DNA of 64,000 bases from Chitinophaga pinensis (GTDB lineage Bacteria; Bacteroidota; Bacteroidia; UBA7662; JAIXUI01). Position numbers and translations under genes: made by a program. The first letter of the stretch is position 1. Every line of letters starts with the position of its first letter. The notes under the pieces were generated by a model. The model made no database searches, was not told the origin of the DNA, and saw nothing but the letters and a program-made list of their open reading frames with translations. The stretch is taken from NCBI GenBank assembly GCA_943373175.1, contig CALSBM010000005.1, positions 9,889 through 73,888 of the forward strand, in the 5' to 3' direction. Below, in pieces: positions 8,766 to 18,596 of the stretch.

Positions 8766-9631
8766 GTAGGTTCTACGATTTTAACGGGCAGCTAATTCCG
8801 CAGAATCAATCGTTTGCCGGGCCTGAACATCGTGGAATTCGTTATGGTGATGGTTTGTTTGAAACCATGCTGCTCATGGAAGGCGTAATTCCATTGCTCA
8901 ATATGCATATCCAAAGGCTCGAAGAAAGCGCCCAAATATTGGGATATGACCTCAACTCTAACTTAGTCCCTGAGTTGATGCCCAGAGTACAAAAACTGGT
9001 AAATGCCCAGCAAAGCACGGATTGCGGAAGGCTACGTCTTAGTTTATTCAGAACAGGTGGCGGCACTTATTTTCCTGAGAATGCAACAGTTGACAGTGTC
9101 CTTGAATTTATACCCGTAGCTTCCAACCAACTGCTTCAGATGGCTCCTCATCTCATGGTTGACGTTTATCCGCATCATAGAAAGCCAATTCAAACCTTAG
9201 GTGCGCTTAAAACTGCTAATGCTCTGTTGTACGTGCTCGCCGGTGCATGGTCGAAGCAACAACAACTCTCAGATGCAGTGATTCTAAACGAGTTTGGCAG
9301 AATGTGCGAAACAGTAAATAGCAACCTCTTCCTCATAAAGGATGGAGAGATTCTTACTCCGCCGTTAAGTGAAGGTTGTTTATCTGGAGTGATGAGAGCT
9401 TACTTGATTGGCTTATTTCAATCGCTTAACCTAACAGTTAAGGAAGTTCCATTGGAAGTGGAGCAGCTTGAAACCGCAGATGAAGTGTTCTTGACCAATG
9501 CGTATTGGGGGATACAACCTCTGATGGGCTACAAAAGGGTGAGATACTTTAAAAGAAGTGGCAGCTCGCTGATGGAAGCGCTAAGGAAGCAGTTAAAAAA
9601 GGTAGTACTTAAGGAAAAAGAAGGGATATAA
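8762..9631 (+). CDS. PLP-dependent aminotransferase class IV (4-amino-4-deoxychorismate lyase/IlvE-like)
   Basis: RGIRYGDGLFETM, LKT, E...SNLF, TPPLSEGCLSGVMR and ADEVFLTN. Confidence 0.92.
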   Translation: MSRFYDFNGQLIPQNQSFAGPEHRGIRYGDGLFETMLLMEGVIPLLNMHIQRLEESAQILGYDLNSNLVPELMPRVQKLVNAQQSTDCGRLRLSLFRTGGGTYFPENATVDSVLEFIPVASNQLLQMAPHLMVDVYPHHRKPIQTLGALKTANALLYVLAGAWSKQQQLSDAVILNEFGRMCETVNSNLFLIKDGEILTPPLSEGCLSGVMRAYLIGLFQSLNLTVKEVPLEVEQLETADEVFLTNAYWGIQPLMGYKRVRYFKRSGSSLMEALRKQLKKVVLKEKEGI

Positions 9632-9648
9632 AATCAATGCAGGTTGCA

Positions 9649-10293
9649 TTACTCTTGCATCCAACTATCCGGATTCGTTCTCCAAGATTCTAAAAGTGGA
9701 ATATCTTGACTTTCTAAATAGCCACCTTCAACGGCTATTTGCAGTAAAGTCGGATAATCACATAAGTACACTAAAGGGACTTTGTGCTTTTCAAAAGCCT
9801 CATTAGACTGTTGAAAGCCGTAAGTAAAAACACTCGCAACGCCTTTTACATTAAAGCCGGCATCCTGAAGCGCCAGAACCGCTTTAAGGCTGGAACCTCC
9901 TGTAGAGATGAGGTCTTCGATAACCACTACATCTGCATCTGGCCTAATTATCCCTTCAACCTGATTTTTCATTCCATGGTCTTTTGCAGCGGGTCGGACA
10001 TAAACGAACGGTAAGCCGAGTTGCTCTGCTACAAGCACACCCTGAGGAATTCCCGCAGTTGCCACACCAGCAATGATTTCCGGTTTACCGAAAACATCAA
10101 GTATGGCCGAAGCAAGCGATTGGCGAATGAACGTCCTATATTTAGGGAAGGAAAGGGTAAGGCGATTATCGCAGTAAATGGGAGATTTCCAACCACTAGC
10201 CCACTGAAAGGGTTGTTGAGGATTTAACCTTACTGCTTTTAATTCCAGAAGCAGTTTAGCAACTTGTTCCGCAATCTCACTAGTATAAAGCAC
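9649..10293 (-). CDS. pyrE: Orotate phosphoribosyltransferase
   Basis: WASGWKSPIYCDNR and PRPP motif VVIEDLISTGGS. The probable GTG start at 10293 follows -7 box TACATTTG (10304-10297). Confidence 0.96.
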   Translation of the reverse strand: MLYTSEIAEQVAKLLLELKAVRLNPQQPFQWASGWKSPIYCDNRLTLSFPKYRTFIRQSLASAILDVFGKPEIIAGVATAGIPQGVLVAEQLGLPFVYVRPAAKDHGMKNQVEGIIRPDADVVVIEDLISTGGSSLKAVLALQDAGFNVKGVASVFTYGFQQSNEAFEKHKVPLVYLCDYPTLLQIAVEGGYLESQDIPLLESWRTNPDSWMQE

Positions 10294-10299
10294 ATGCAA

Positions 10300-10890
10300 A
10301 TGTACCCCATTTTTGTTCAAGACAGCCGCATTTCGTTTAGCCAAACACCTACAAGCGACCCAGACATTACCCTTTCAACAGAAGAATGGTCGTTCGAAGA
10401 AATTTGGGAAAGCCTGAATAACAGCGCTATACATCTTCATATCCTGTGCAATGACCCTATTGGAGAATTTTGGAAGTTCGCTCAAAATTTCATCCCAATA
10501 CAAGCAGCAGGAGGCCTGGTTTACCTTGAAAATGGCCATTTGCTTATGATAAAGCGCAAGGGGTTTTGGGATTTGCCTAAAGGAAAAATTGACCCAATGG
10601 AAACGCCCGTTGAGACTGCTGTTAGAGAAGTTTCGGAAGAATGTGGAATTCTGACTTCCAGATTGATTCTTGAACAATACCATCGCAGTAGCTTTCATGC
10701 GTATATGTGGAAAGGGAAACCAACCTTAAAACAAAGCTTCTGGTACACAATGCGATGTGAAGAACCCTATTCTCTGACAGCTCAAATAGAGGAAGATATT
10801 ACCGACATTCTTTGGGCAGACATCCCAACACAAAAGCGATTGATGAAAGATGCTTGGCCTGCGATACGCTGGGTACTTCAGTCAGTTTAA
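10300..10890 (+). CDS. NUDIX hydrolase
   Basis: AAGGLV and Nudix box GKIDPMETPVETAVREVSEECGI; start taken at MYPIFV. Confidence 0.92.
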   Translation: MYPIFVQDSRISFSQTPTSDPDITLSTEEWSFEEIWESLNNSAIHLHILCNDPIGEFWKFAQNFIPIQAAGGLVYLENGHLLMIKRKGFWDLPKGKIDPMETPVETAVREVSEECGILTSRLILEQYHRSSFHAYMWKGKPTLKQSFWYTMRCEEPYSLTAQIEEDITDILWADIPTQKRLMKDAWPAIRWVLQSV

Positions 10891-10918
10891 GGTTGAGGCG
10901 GAAATGTTATCTTCCGAA

Positions 10919-13900
10919 ATGAAAAAGGCATTTGCTTTTATCCTTCTGTTTAGTGGGATTATTTCTGTTTCTGCACAGGACAAATCATCGAAAAGCTGGG
11001 ACGTAAACAACCCTCCTGGCGATTCTCAAACACTTAAATTTACTACGCGAACCGGCACTTGGCTGAATCTTGATGTTAGCCCGGATGGGAAGACCATCGT
11101 GTTTGATTTGCTAGGCGATTTATATCAAATGCCACTAACTGGTGGTAAAGCACAAATTATTTCTGGAGGAATGGCGTGGGAGAGCCAGCCACGCTATAGC
11201 CCGGATGGGAAAAAAATCTTGTTTACTTCTGATCGTGGAGGTGGAGATAACTTATGGGTTATGCCTGCTCAAGGAGGAAAGGCGGCTCAGATAACCAAAG
11301 AAGATTTTCGCTTACTAAATAATGGTGTTTTTACAGCAGACGGACAGTATCTTATTGCTCGTAAACACTTTACAAGTACAAGGTCGCTGGGTGCCGGAGA
11401 ACTTTGGATGTACCATATTAGCGGAGGAACTGGCATTCAACTGACAAAAAGAAAAAATGATCAGCAAGACCTGAATGAGCCTTGTGTAAGTCCAGACGGA
11501 GAGTTTGTTTATTATTCAGAAGACGTTTACCCAGGTGGATATTTTCAGTACAACAAAGACCCGAACAGCCAGATTTACGTTATTAAACGGCTGAATCTTC
11601 GTAATGGAGAAACGGAAACGGTTACTGGCGGACCAGGTGGTGCCTGCAGACCGCAAATTTCGCGAGATGGCAAAACGTTGGCTTTTATTAGAAGAGTTAG
11701 AGAACGAACGGTGCTTTTTCTCCATGATCTCGAAAGTGGTAAAGAAAGACCTCTCTTTTCAAAACTAAGTAAAGACCAACAGGAAGCGTGGGCCATTTTT
11801 GGCACATACCCGGGTTTTTCGTGGCACCCTGATGGGAAAACAATAGTAATCTGGGGAGAAGGCAAGTTTTGGCGAGTAGATACAACAAGTGGACGTTATT
11901 TTGAAATCCCTTTTGAAGCCGAGGTTGAGCAAAAGATTATGGAAGCAGTTAGGTTTCGCCAGGAAATAAGCGCTCCACAGTTTCAAGCAAAAGCAATCCG
12001 AATGGCCGTTACTTCACCGGATGAACGCTATTTAGTCTTCAACGCAGCCGGACATTTATACAAAAAAGCACTTCCGAATGGCAAACCTGAGCGACTCTGT
12101 GAAGGCGAGACCTTCACTTTCGAAGCAAATTTCTCTTCCGATAGTAAGCAATTGTGCTTCGTAAGCTGGGATGACGAATCTCGTGGAGCAATCTGGACCA
12201 TGGCATTCCCTTCAGGTACACCAAAGAAACTAAGTTTACCCCCTGGCAATTACCGAACTCCTTCTTTCTCACCCGATGGTCAAACATTGATTTATGAAAA
12301 GGAAGGAGGCAACGACCACATGGGTTATGAATACAGTAAAGAAACGGGCATTTACTTAGTTTCTATACAGGGAGGTAAGCCTAAAAGAATATCAAAGCAA
12401 GGCAGTGTGCCTCAGTTTATGGCAGGTGGTAACCGAGTATTTTTCAGGGTGGATGGAAGCGAAAAGCAATACAAAAGCATCCGAATAGACGGCGGCGATG
12501 AACGAATACATTTCACTTCTAAATATGCTCCCGAGGTTAAACTTAGCCCTGATAATCAATGGATAGCCTTTAGTGACTTACACAAAGCGTGGCTTGCACC
12601 GTTTCCATTGTTGGGAAAAACCATCGACCTAAGTGCTCAAAGTACCGCATATCCGGTATCTCTGTTAGCACGGGATGCTGGATATAGTCTGCATTGGTCT
12701 GCAGATTCGAAAACTGTATTCTGGACTTTAGGCAATGAGTATTTCAGAAACCCAATAAATCGCAGATTTAAGTTTCTGTCTGGCTCTCCGGATAGTATTC
12801 CTGCTCCAGATACTACAGGTCTCGCTATTGGATTAATCCTGGAGGAGGATTATCCTCGTGGCTTACTCGCTTTCAAAGGAGCTACACTTTTAACTATGGA
12901 AGCAGACTCTATCATAAAAGATGGAATTATTATTATCGAAAACAACCGCATTAAGGCAATAGGTTCTTCCGATAATATGACTATCCCTGCTGAAGCAAAA
13001 GTCATTGATGTTTCCGGAAAATACATCATGCCCGGAATAGTGGATGTACATGCCCACCTTGGCACTTTCAGAGCTGGCTTAAGTCCGCAAAAACAATGGA
13101 GTTACTACGCCAACCTAGCATTTGGGGTTACTACAACTCATGATCCTTCTTCCAATTCCGAAATGGTTTTTTCTCAAGCAGAAGCAGTACGATCAGGAAC
13201 CATGGTAGGGCCGCGTATTTTCTCAACCGGAACAATCCTTTATGGTGCTGAGGGAGACTTCAAGGCTCCGATTAATTCTTTGGAAGACGCAATGTCTGCT
13301 TTAAGAAGAACGAAAGCCTGGGGGGCATTTTCGGTAAAAAGCTATAATCAACCAAGAAGAGAGCAGCGTCAGCAAGTTATCGAAGCTGCACGCCGGTTGA
13401 AAATGAACGTAGTTCCGGAAGGCGGGTCCTTCTTCTTCCATAACATGAGTATGATTCTCGACGGACATTCTGGAATTGAACACAACATCCCTGTTACTCC
13501 ATTAGAAGAAGACGTGATTAAACTTTGGTCTGCAAGCAAAACCGGCTATACTCCAACACTCATTGTTTCTTATGGAGCACTTAATGGAGAAAACTACTGG
13601 TTTCAGAAGACCAACGTATGGGAGAATAACCGGCTGAACCGTTTTACCCCAAGAGAGATTCTGGACAGTCGTTCACGCCATCGAACAATGGCTCCAGAAG
13701 GAGAGTATGAAAAAGGATTTAAGCAAATTTCACGTGATTGTGCGCGGCTTCAACAATCAGGTGTGAAAGTGAACCTTGGCGCTCATGGTCAATTGCAAGG
13801 ATTGGGTGCTCACTGGGAGCTTTGGATGTTAGCTATGGGTGGCCTTAATCCCTATCATGCACTCAAAACAGCAACTTTGAACGGAGCACATTACATCGGA

Positions 13901-14173
13901 ATGGATGATGAAATAGGCTCCCTTAAAGCAGGCAAATTAGCGGACTTAATCGTTCTGGATAAAAATCCGCTCGATACCATTATCAATACCGAAAGTGTAC
14001 GATACACTATGGTAAACGGAAGACTTTATGAAGCAGGGACACTTCAAGAAATCGGATTGAGAACCCGAAAGAAGAGTCCATTTTACTGGGAGCAGCCTGG
14101 TTATTTGCCCGCATTTCCATGGCACGTAGAATCACACAGTTTCCATCAGTCTTCATGTTCCTGTCGGCATTAA
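10919..14173 (+). CDS. Exported TolB/PD40 beta-propeller + metal-dependent amidohydrolase
   Basis: Signal peptide ending VSA-Q; repeated SPDG blades; PGIVDVHAH, GVTTTHDP and GSLKAGKLADLIVLD.NPL. Confidence 0.92.
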   Translation: MKKAFAFILLFSGIISVSAQDKSSKSWDVNNPPGDSQTLKFTTRTGTWLNLDVSPDGKTIVFDLLGDLYQMPLTGGKAQIISGGMAWESQPRYSPDGKKILFTSDRGGGDNLWVMPAQGGKAAQITKEDFRLLNNGVFTADGQYLIARKHFTSTRSLGAGELWMYHISGGTGIQLTKRKNDQQDLNEPCVSPDGEFVYYSEDVYPGGYFQYNKDPNSQIYVIKRLNLRNGETETVTGGPGGACRPQISRDGKTLAFIRRVRERTVLFLHDLESGKERPLFSKLSKDQQEAWAIFGTYPGFSWHPDGKTIVIWGEGKFWRVDTTSGRYFEIPFEAEVEQKIMEAVRFRQEISAPQFQAKAIRMAVTSPDERYLVFNAAGHLYKKALPNGKPERLCEGETFTFEANFSSDSKQLCFVSWDDESRGAIWTMAFPSGTPKKLSLPPGNYRTPSFSPDGQTLIYEKEGGNDHMGYEYSKETGIYLVSIQGGKPKRISKQGSVPQFMAGGNRVFFRVDGSEKQYKSIRIDGGDERIHFTSKYAPEVKLSPDNQWIAFSDLHKAWLAPFPLLGKTIDLSAQSTAYPVSLLARDAGYSLHWSADSKTVFWTLGNEYFRNPINRRFKFLSGSPDSIPAPDTTGLAIGLILEEDYPRGLLAFKGATLLTMEADSIIKDGIIIIENNRIKAIGSSDNMTIPAEAKVIDVSGKYIMPGIVDVHAHLGTFRAGLSPQKQWSYYANLAFGVTTTHDPSSNSEMVFSQAEAVRSGTMVGPRIFSTGTILYGAEGDFKAPINSLEDAMSALRRTKAWGAFSVKSYNQPRREQRQQVIEAARRLKMNVVPEGGSFFFHNMSMILDGHSGIEHNIPVTPLEEDVIKLWSASKTGYTPTLIVSYGALNGENYWFQKTNVWENNRLNRFTPREILDSRSRHRTMAPEGEYEKGFKQISRDCARLQQSGVKVNLGAHGQLQGLGAHWELWMLAMGGLNPYHALKTATLNGAHYIGMDDEIGSLKAGKLADLIVLDKNPLDTIINTESVRYTMVNGRLYEAGTLQEIGLRTRKKSPFYWEQPGYLPAFPWHVESHSFHQSSCSCRH

Positions 14174-14197
14174 TGGTTGAATTCTAAAGAATCTACT

Positions 14198-14236
14198 ATC
14201 CCTTCATGAATTTGTAGAACTTATTCATGAAGGGAT
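14198..14236. terminator. Hairpin between convergent genes (probable bidirectional terminator)
   Basis: Perfect 14-bp arms ATCCCTTCATGAAT / ATTCATGAAGGGAT with an 11-nt loop. Confidence 0.7.
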
Positions 14237-14248
14237 CTCTAATTTCCT

Positions 14249-14857
14249 TTATGCTTCACCTTTTGAACGGAAAAACAAGCCTACAGAAGGAACTACCTGT
14301 GGCCGAGAATTCAGCTCATGGTTCGGAAAACTAAGCATGGGCGAAGTCCATTGGAAGCCTAAATTCAATTTTGTAAGTCTGGCTTCTACTTTCATTTCAT
14401 ACGTCTTCAGAAAATGGACTGACAGTGCTTGTTGCTCTTCAGTTTCAACTGATTCTGTTACTTTAAGGAACGATTCAGCAGACTCAGCCCAATGATAGGC
14501 TAACTCATCTAAACGATGCATTGCAGCGATAAACTGCTCTTTGTTGGTGCTTCCGGATTTCTGCAATGAAATGGTTTTATCTGGACTAAGCATTACATGA
14601 ACATGCAGCTTAGTAGTGATAAACTGAAATTGCATCATGAGTAAGTCGGGCATCATTGGAAAGGGACAAAGCGACATCCATTCTTCTACTAAAGCGCTTC
14701 CAATATCCTTAAGCAATTGTTGACCTGAGGGAGTCTCCAGATACGAAGGCGATGTTGGCGCTTGTAGATACGTCATTAATCGGATAACAGGAATTGGCAT
14801 TGACAATTGATCTTGATCAAGCGAAACCTGAATGGGGCATAAGGCGTTTGTTTTCAT
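14249..14857 (-). CDS. Hypothetical protein (no family recognised)
   Basis: 202-aa ORF filling the gap, with an A-rich leader before ATG AAA ACA and a hairpin downstream. Confidence 0.65.
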   Translation of the reverse strand: MKTNALCPIQVSLDQDQLSMPIPVIRLMTYLQAPTSPSYLETPSGQQLLKDIGSALVEEWMSLCPFPMMPDLLMMQFQFITTKLHVHVMLSPDKTISLQKSGSTNKEQFIAAMHRLDELAYHWAESAESFLKVTESVETEEQQALSVHFLKTYEMKVEARLTKLNLGFQWTSPMLSFPNHELNSRPQVVPSVGLFFRSKGEA

Positions 14858-15110
14858 GTTTTAATAGGTTAGTGATTCGAAATTATCCTAATGCAAACGG
14901 CTTTACTAAACTTGTAAAAGGGTTTTAAGGCAAGAATTACCCTTGAATCAACCCTTTCACTATGCATAATTCCTTCTTGAAAAAAATCGTTAAATCTTCA
15001 TTTTCGTTATTTTCACTTAAACCAACCCGGAATTTTCAAACATCCTAAAACAAACCTTTCCGTTTTCCGATATTGACCCGAGCAACCTTTCAACCCAAAC
15101 TTGATTTGCT

Positions 15111-15452
15111 ATGACTCAAACCGACTTTTTCGAACAGGTTTACGCCGTAGTGCGGCAAATACCTGCCGGAAGGGCTACCTCTTATGGTGCTATCGCCCGT
15201 TTTCTTGGTAGTAGCCAATCATCGAGAATGGTGGGATGGGCAATGAACGCAGCTCACCAAGTTCTCCCGCCGGTTCCTGCCCATAGGGTTGTTAATCGCA
15301 ATGGAATGTTGAGCGGAAAAATGCACTTCGCTACTCCAACATTTATGGAGGAGCTGTTAGTTGCTGAAGGCGTTTTAGTTGAGAATGATAGCATTCTAAA
15401 CTGGAAAGCCGTCTATTGGGACCCTGAAACCCTAATCTTGGAAACATCATGA
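15111..15452 (+). CDS. MGMT-family alkyltransferase-like protein (ATL/YbaZ)
   Basis: VY..VRQIP.GR.TSYGAIA and R.VGWAM; the active-site motif is PAHRVV (catalytic Cys replaced by Ala). Confidence 0.9.
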   Translation: MTQTDFFEQVYAVVRQIPAGRATSYGAIARFLGSSQSSRMVGWAMNAAHQVLPPVPAHRVVNRNGMLSGKMHFATPTFMEELLVAEGVLVENDSILNWKAVYWDPETLILETS

Positions 15453-16093
15453 CCGGACTTAGCCCTCGTGAGCTTCAAACCTTGATTTTACAAGGTGAAA
15501 GTGAAGTACTCGATTTTAAGGAAACCATCTCTTCTTCGCTGAAGATTGCCAAAACCATGGTTTCGTTTGCGAACACCAAAGGAGGTAGCCTCCTCATTGG
15601 AGTTAGAGACAATGGCGCCATTCGGGGAGTGAATAATCCTGAAGAAGAGGTATATATGTTAGAACTGGCAGCAGAGATTTTCAGCAAGCCTGAAATCCCC
15701 ATTTCAATTGAACAAATTGAAACTGCTCAGGGAAAACTTGTACTTAAAGTTGAAGTTCCAGAAGGGGATGAAAAACCCTACTACGCAAAAGCAGACGATA
15801 ATCAATGGTGGGCATATATTCGAATCAAAGACCAAAGTGTGTTAGCTAGTAAAACCACTATAGAAGTGCTAAAACGAGAGGGCGCTGATGCTCCATTAAT
15901 GGTAGAATTTTCTACTAAGGAGCAAGCATTACTGGAATATCTCCGAAATCACTCAAGAATTACCTTGAAGGAGTTTTGCAAAATGGTCAATATCTCTCAT
16001 TGGCGTGCACGAAAAATGCTCGTTAACTTAGTTCGAAGCGGCCTCATTCGCGTTCATTCATACGAAAAAACAGAGTTCTATACCCTCTCCTAA
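15449..16093 (+). CDS. AlbA_2/Schlafen-domain protein with a C-terminal winged HTH
   Basis: GESEVLDFK and SFANTKGGSLLIGVRDNG; C-terminal LLEYL....ITLKEF....NIS...ARKMLVNLV.SG. Confidence 0.85.
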   Translation: MTGLSPRELQTLILQGESEVLDFKETISSSLKIAKTMVSFANTKGGSLLIGVRDNGAIRGVNNPEEEVYMLELAAEIFSKPEIPISIEQIETAQGKLVLKVEVPEGDEKPYYAKADDNQWWAYIRIKDQSVLASKTTIEVLKREGADAPLMVEFSTKEQALLEYLRNHSRITLKEFCKMVNISHWRARKMLVNLVRSGLIRVHSYEKTEFYTLS

Positions 16094-16148
16094 GAGTCAT
16101 TAAATTGTTGCTGGCATGAATGAACTTTCGAAAAACAGAATTACTTTC

Positions 16149-16179
16149 TGCCAAAATGTCAATCGGCAAAGCCTTTGAT
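16149..16179 (+). promoter_or_regulatory. Near-palindrome plus sigma54-like promoter upstream of htpG
   Basis: TGCCAAAATGTCA (16149-16161) abuts TCGGCAAAGCCTTTGAT, which has GG-N10-GA spacing. Confidence 0.5.
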
Positions 16180-16203
16180 AGCACTCCTGAAAATCTAAGC
16201 GTC

Positions 16204-18021
16204 ATGGTAGAAACCAGAACAGGTAAAATCTCTGTTAACACCGAGAATATTTTTCCAATCATCAAGCGTTCCCTATACTCAGACCACGATATTTTTCTGA
16301 GGGAATTAGTCTCGAATGCGGTTGATGCAACCCAGAAATTAAAAACACTGGCTTCAATTGGCGAATTCAAAGGGGAAACCGGTGAGCTAAAAGTGACTGT
16401 TGCCTTCGATGAATCAGCGAAGACCATCACTATTTCAGACTCCGGAATCGGGATGAGTGCCGATGAAATAGAAAAGTACATCACGCAGATTGCTTTCTCC
16501 GGTGCCGTTGAGTTCATGGAGCAGTATCAAGACAAAACGGCAGAAAATGCCATTATTGGTCAGTTTGGCCTTGGCTTCTATTCTGCTTTTATCGTTGCAA
16601 AAAAGGTCGAGATTCAAAGCCTTAGTTACAAAGCAGATTCTACCCCAGCCCATTGGGTTTGCGAAGGGAATACAGAATTTGTGCTTGGCCCAGGAAGCCG
16701 TACAGAACGCGGAACCGACATTATCCTGCATCTGAGTGAAGATGAGGAAGATTTTAGCCAAGCAGCCAGAATCAAAGAAGTACTGAACAAGTATTGCAAA
16801 TTTCTTCCAGTAGAAGTGGTTTTCGAAGACCAAGTAATCAACGAAACTCAACCCCTTTGGACCAAAAAGCCGGCAGATCTTCAAGAAGAAGATTACCTTA
16901 AATTTTACGACTCGCTTTATCCTTTCTCTGAGAAACCGCTATTCTGGATTCACTTGAATGTGGACTACCCCTTCAATCTGACTGGAATATTGTACTTTCC
17001 TAAAATCAAGGAGAACTTTGAAATACAGAAGAACAAGATTCAACTTTATTGCAACCAAGTCTTCATTACCGATAACGTCGGAGAAATTGTACCGGACTTT
17101 CTACAACTATTGCATGGAGTAATTGACTCACCGGATATTCCATTGAACGTATCAAGATCTGCCTTACAAACCGATGCGAATGTTCGCAAAATCAACACTC
17201 ATATCACTAAAAAAGTAGCCGATAAGCTATCAGAGATTTTCAAAAGCGACCGGGAGCAATATCAAGAGAAATGGCCCAGCTTAGAAGTTTTTGTAAAGTA
17301 TGGAATGCTAAGCGATGAGAAGTTCTACGAAAAAGCCAAAGACTTCTGTCTTGTTCAAAACGTAAAAGACGAATACCACACCCTTGAAGAATATCAGAAC
17401 CTTATTGCGGCACTTCAAACTGACAAAAACAATAAAGTTGTTGCCTTATACACCAATGATGTAGAACGCCAGCATGGATTTGTAAGTGCTGCCCAGACTA
17501 AAGGTTATGACGTTTTGAAGTTAGGACACATGATTGATTCCCATTTCATTAGTCAGTTAGAAATGAAACGTGAAAACTTCCAACTCAAGCGTGTTGACTC
17601 TGATGTAACTGACAAACTTATTGAGAAAGAAGAAAACCGAGTGTCGCTTCTTACAGAGGAAGAAAGCGAACTGGTAAAAAACAGCTTTAGCCTTTTGACA
17701 GAAGGCCAGCAATACGATTTGCACTTGGAAACCTTAAGCCAGGATGACCTTCCGGTGGTGATTACCCGTTCTGAATTCATGCGCAGAATGAAGGAGCAAT
17801 CCCGTTCTGGCGGAGGGATGTTTGGAATGGGAGACTTTCCTGAGCGCTTCAATCTAGTAGTAAACAGTGGGCATCCGTTTATTAAAGCAATGGCAACTTC
17901 AGATGAAGAACATCGTAAAAACATGGCCCAAAAAGCCTTAGACCTCGCTTTATTGTCTCAGGGGATGCTTCAGGGAGAGGCATTAACTCGATTTATTCAG
18001 CATTCTGTAAAAATAAATTAA
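16204..18021 (+). CDS. htpG: Molecular chaperone HtpG (Hsp90)
   Basis: FLRELVSNAVDA, DSGIGM, IGQFGLGFYSAF and DIPLNVSRS; start taken at MVETRTGKISV. Confidence 0.97.
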   Translation: MVETRTGKISVNTENIFPIIKRSLYSDHDIFLRELVSNAVDATQKLKTLASIGEFKGETGELKVTVAFDESAKTITISDSGIGMSADEIEKYITQIAFSGAVEFMEQYQDKTAENAIIGQFGLGFYSAFIVAKKVEIQSLSYKADSTPAHWVCEGNTEFVLGPGSRTERGTDIILHLSEDEEDFSQAARIKEVLNKYCKFLPVEVVFEDQVINETQPLWTKKPADLQEEDYLKFYDSLYPFSEKPLFWIHLNVDYPFNLTGILYFPKIKENFEIQKNKIQLYCNQVFITDNVGEIVPDFLQLLHGVIDSPDIPLNVSRSALQTDANVRKINTHITKKVADKLSEIFKSDREQYQEKWPSLEVFVKYGMLSDEKFYEKAKDFCLVQNVKDEYHTLEEYQNLIAALQTDKNNKVVALYTNDVERQHGFVSAAQTKGYDVLKLGHMIDSHFISQLEMKRENFQLKRVDSDVTDKLIEKEENRVSLLTEEESELVKNSFSLLTEGQQYDLHLETLSQDDLPVVITRSEFMRRMKEQSRSGGGMFGMGDFPERFNLVVNSGHPFIKAMATSDEEHRKNMAQKALDLALLSQGMLQGEALTRFIQHSVKIN

Positions 18022-18070
18022 CAAGTAATCAGAAATATGCACTACCTTGTCGCTTCAAATTCCTAGTAAC

Positions 18071-18358
18071 GTGAACCTTTTTATTGGCAATCTCGACTAT
18101 TCAGTTCGAGAAGCCCAGCTCGAGGAGCTGTTCTCAGAGTGCGGTGAAGTATCTTCCTGCAAAGTAGTAATCGACAAAATGACTGACCGTAGCCGCGGAT
18201 TTGCCTTCGTAGAGATGGCAGATGACGAGCATGGTCGCAAAGCCATTGACACCCTCAATGGCCGAATGCTGAAGTCTCGTGCAATCAACGTGTCTGAAGC
18301 TCGTCCTCGTGATGAGCGCCCTGCTCGTGAAGGTGGCTTTCGCCCTCGTCGCGACTGA
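18071..18358 (+). CDS. RRM-domain RNA-binding protein
   Basis: RNP2 LFIGNL, RNP1 RGFAFVEM and an R/G-rich tail; GTG start at 18071. Confidence 0.95.
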   Translation: MNLFIGNLDYSVREAQLEELFSECGEVSSCKVVIDKMTDRSRGFAFVEMADDEHGRKAIDTLNGRMLKSRAINVSEARPRDERPAREGGFRPRRD

Positions 18359-18378
18359 GTTATAGTCACTGAATTATG

Positions 18379-18410
18379 AAGCCCCGCCCGAAAGGACGGG
18401 GCTTTTTTTT
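18379..18410 (+). terminator. Rho-independent terminator
   Basis: AAGCCCCG...GAAA...CGGGGCTT hairpin followed by T8. Confidence 0.9.
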
Positions 18411-18596
18411 GTGTCCAATGTATTTCTCTGCCTACACAATTTCTACTCGTACTACATAGGCGCCTTCAACCCACACTTTCAACTCAAACATTTCAGCTAC
18501 CGCTCATCTACAAATTCGACCATCAACACAATTTAGTACTTGGCTATACATAGTTCCTTGGTTATGTTTGTACCATCTTAAACCCTTTACCTTGCC

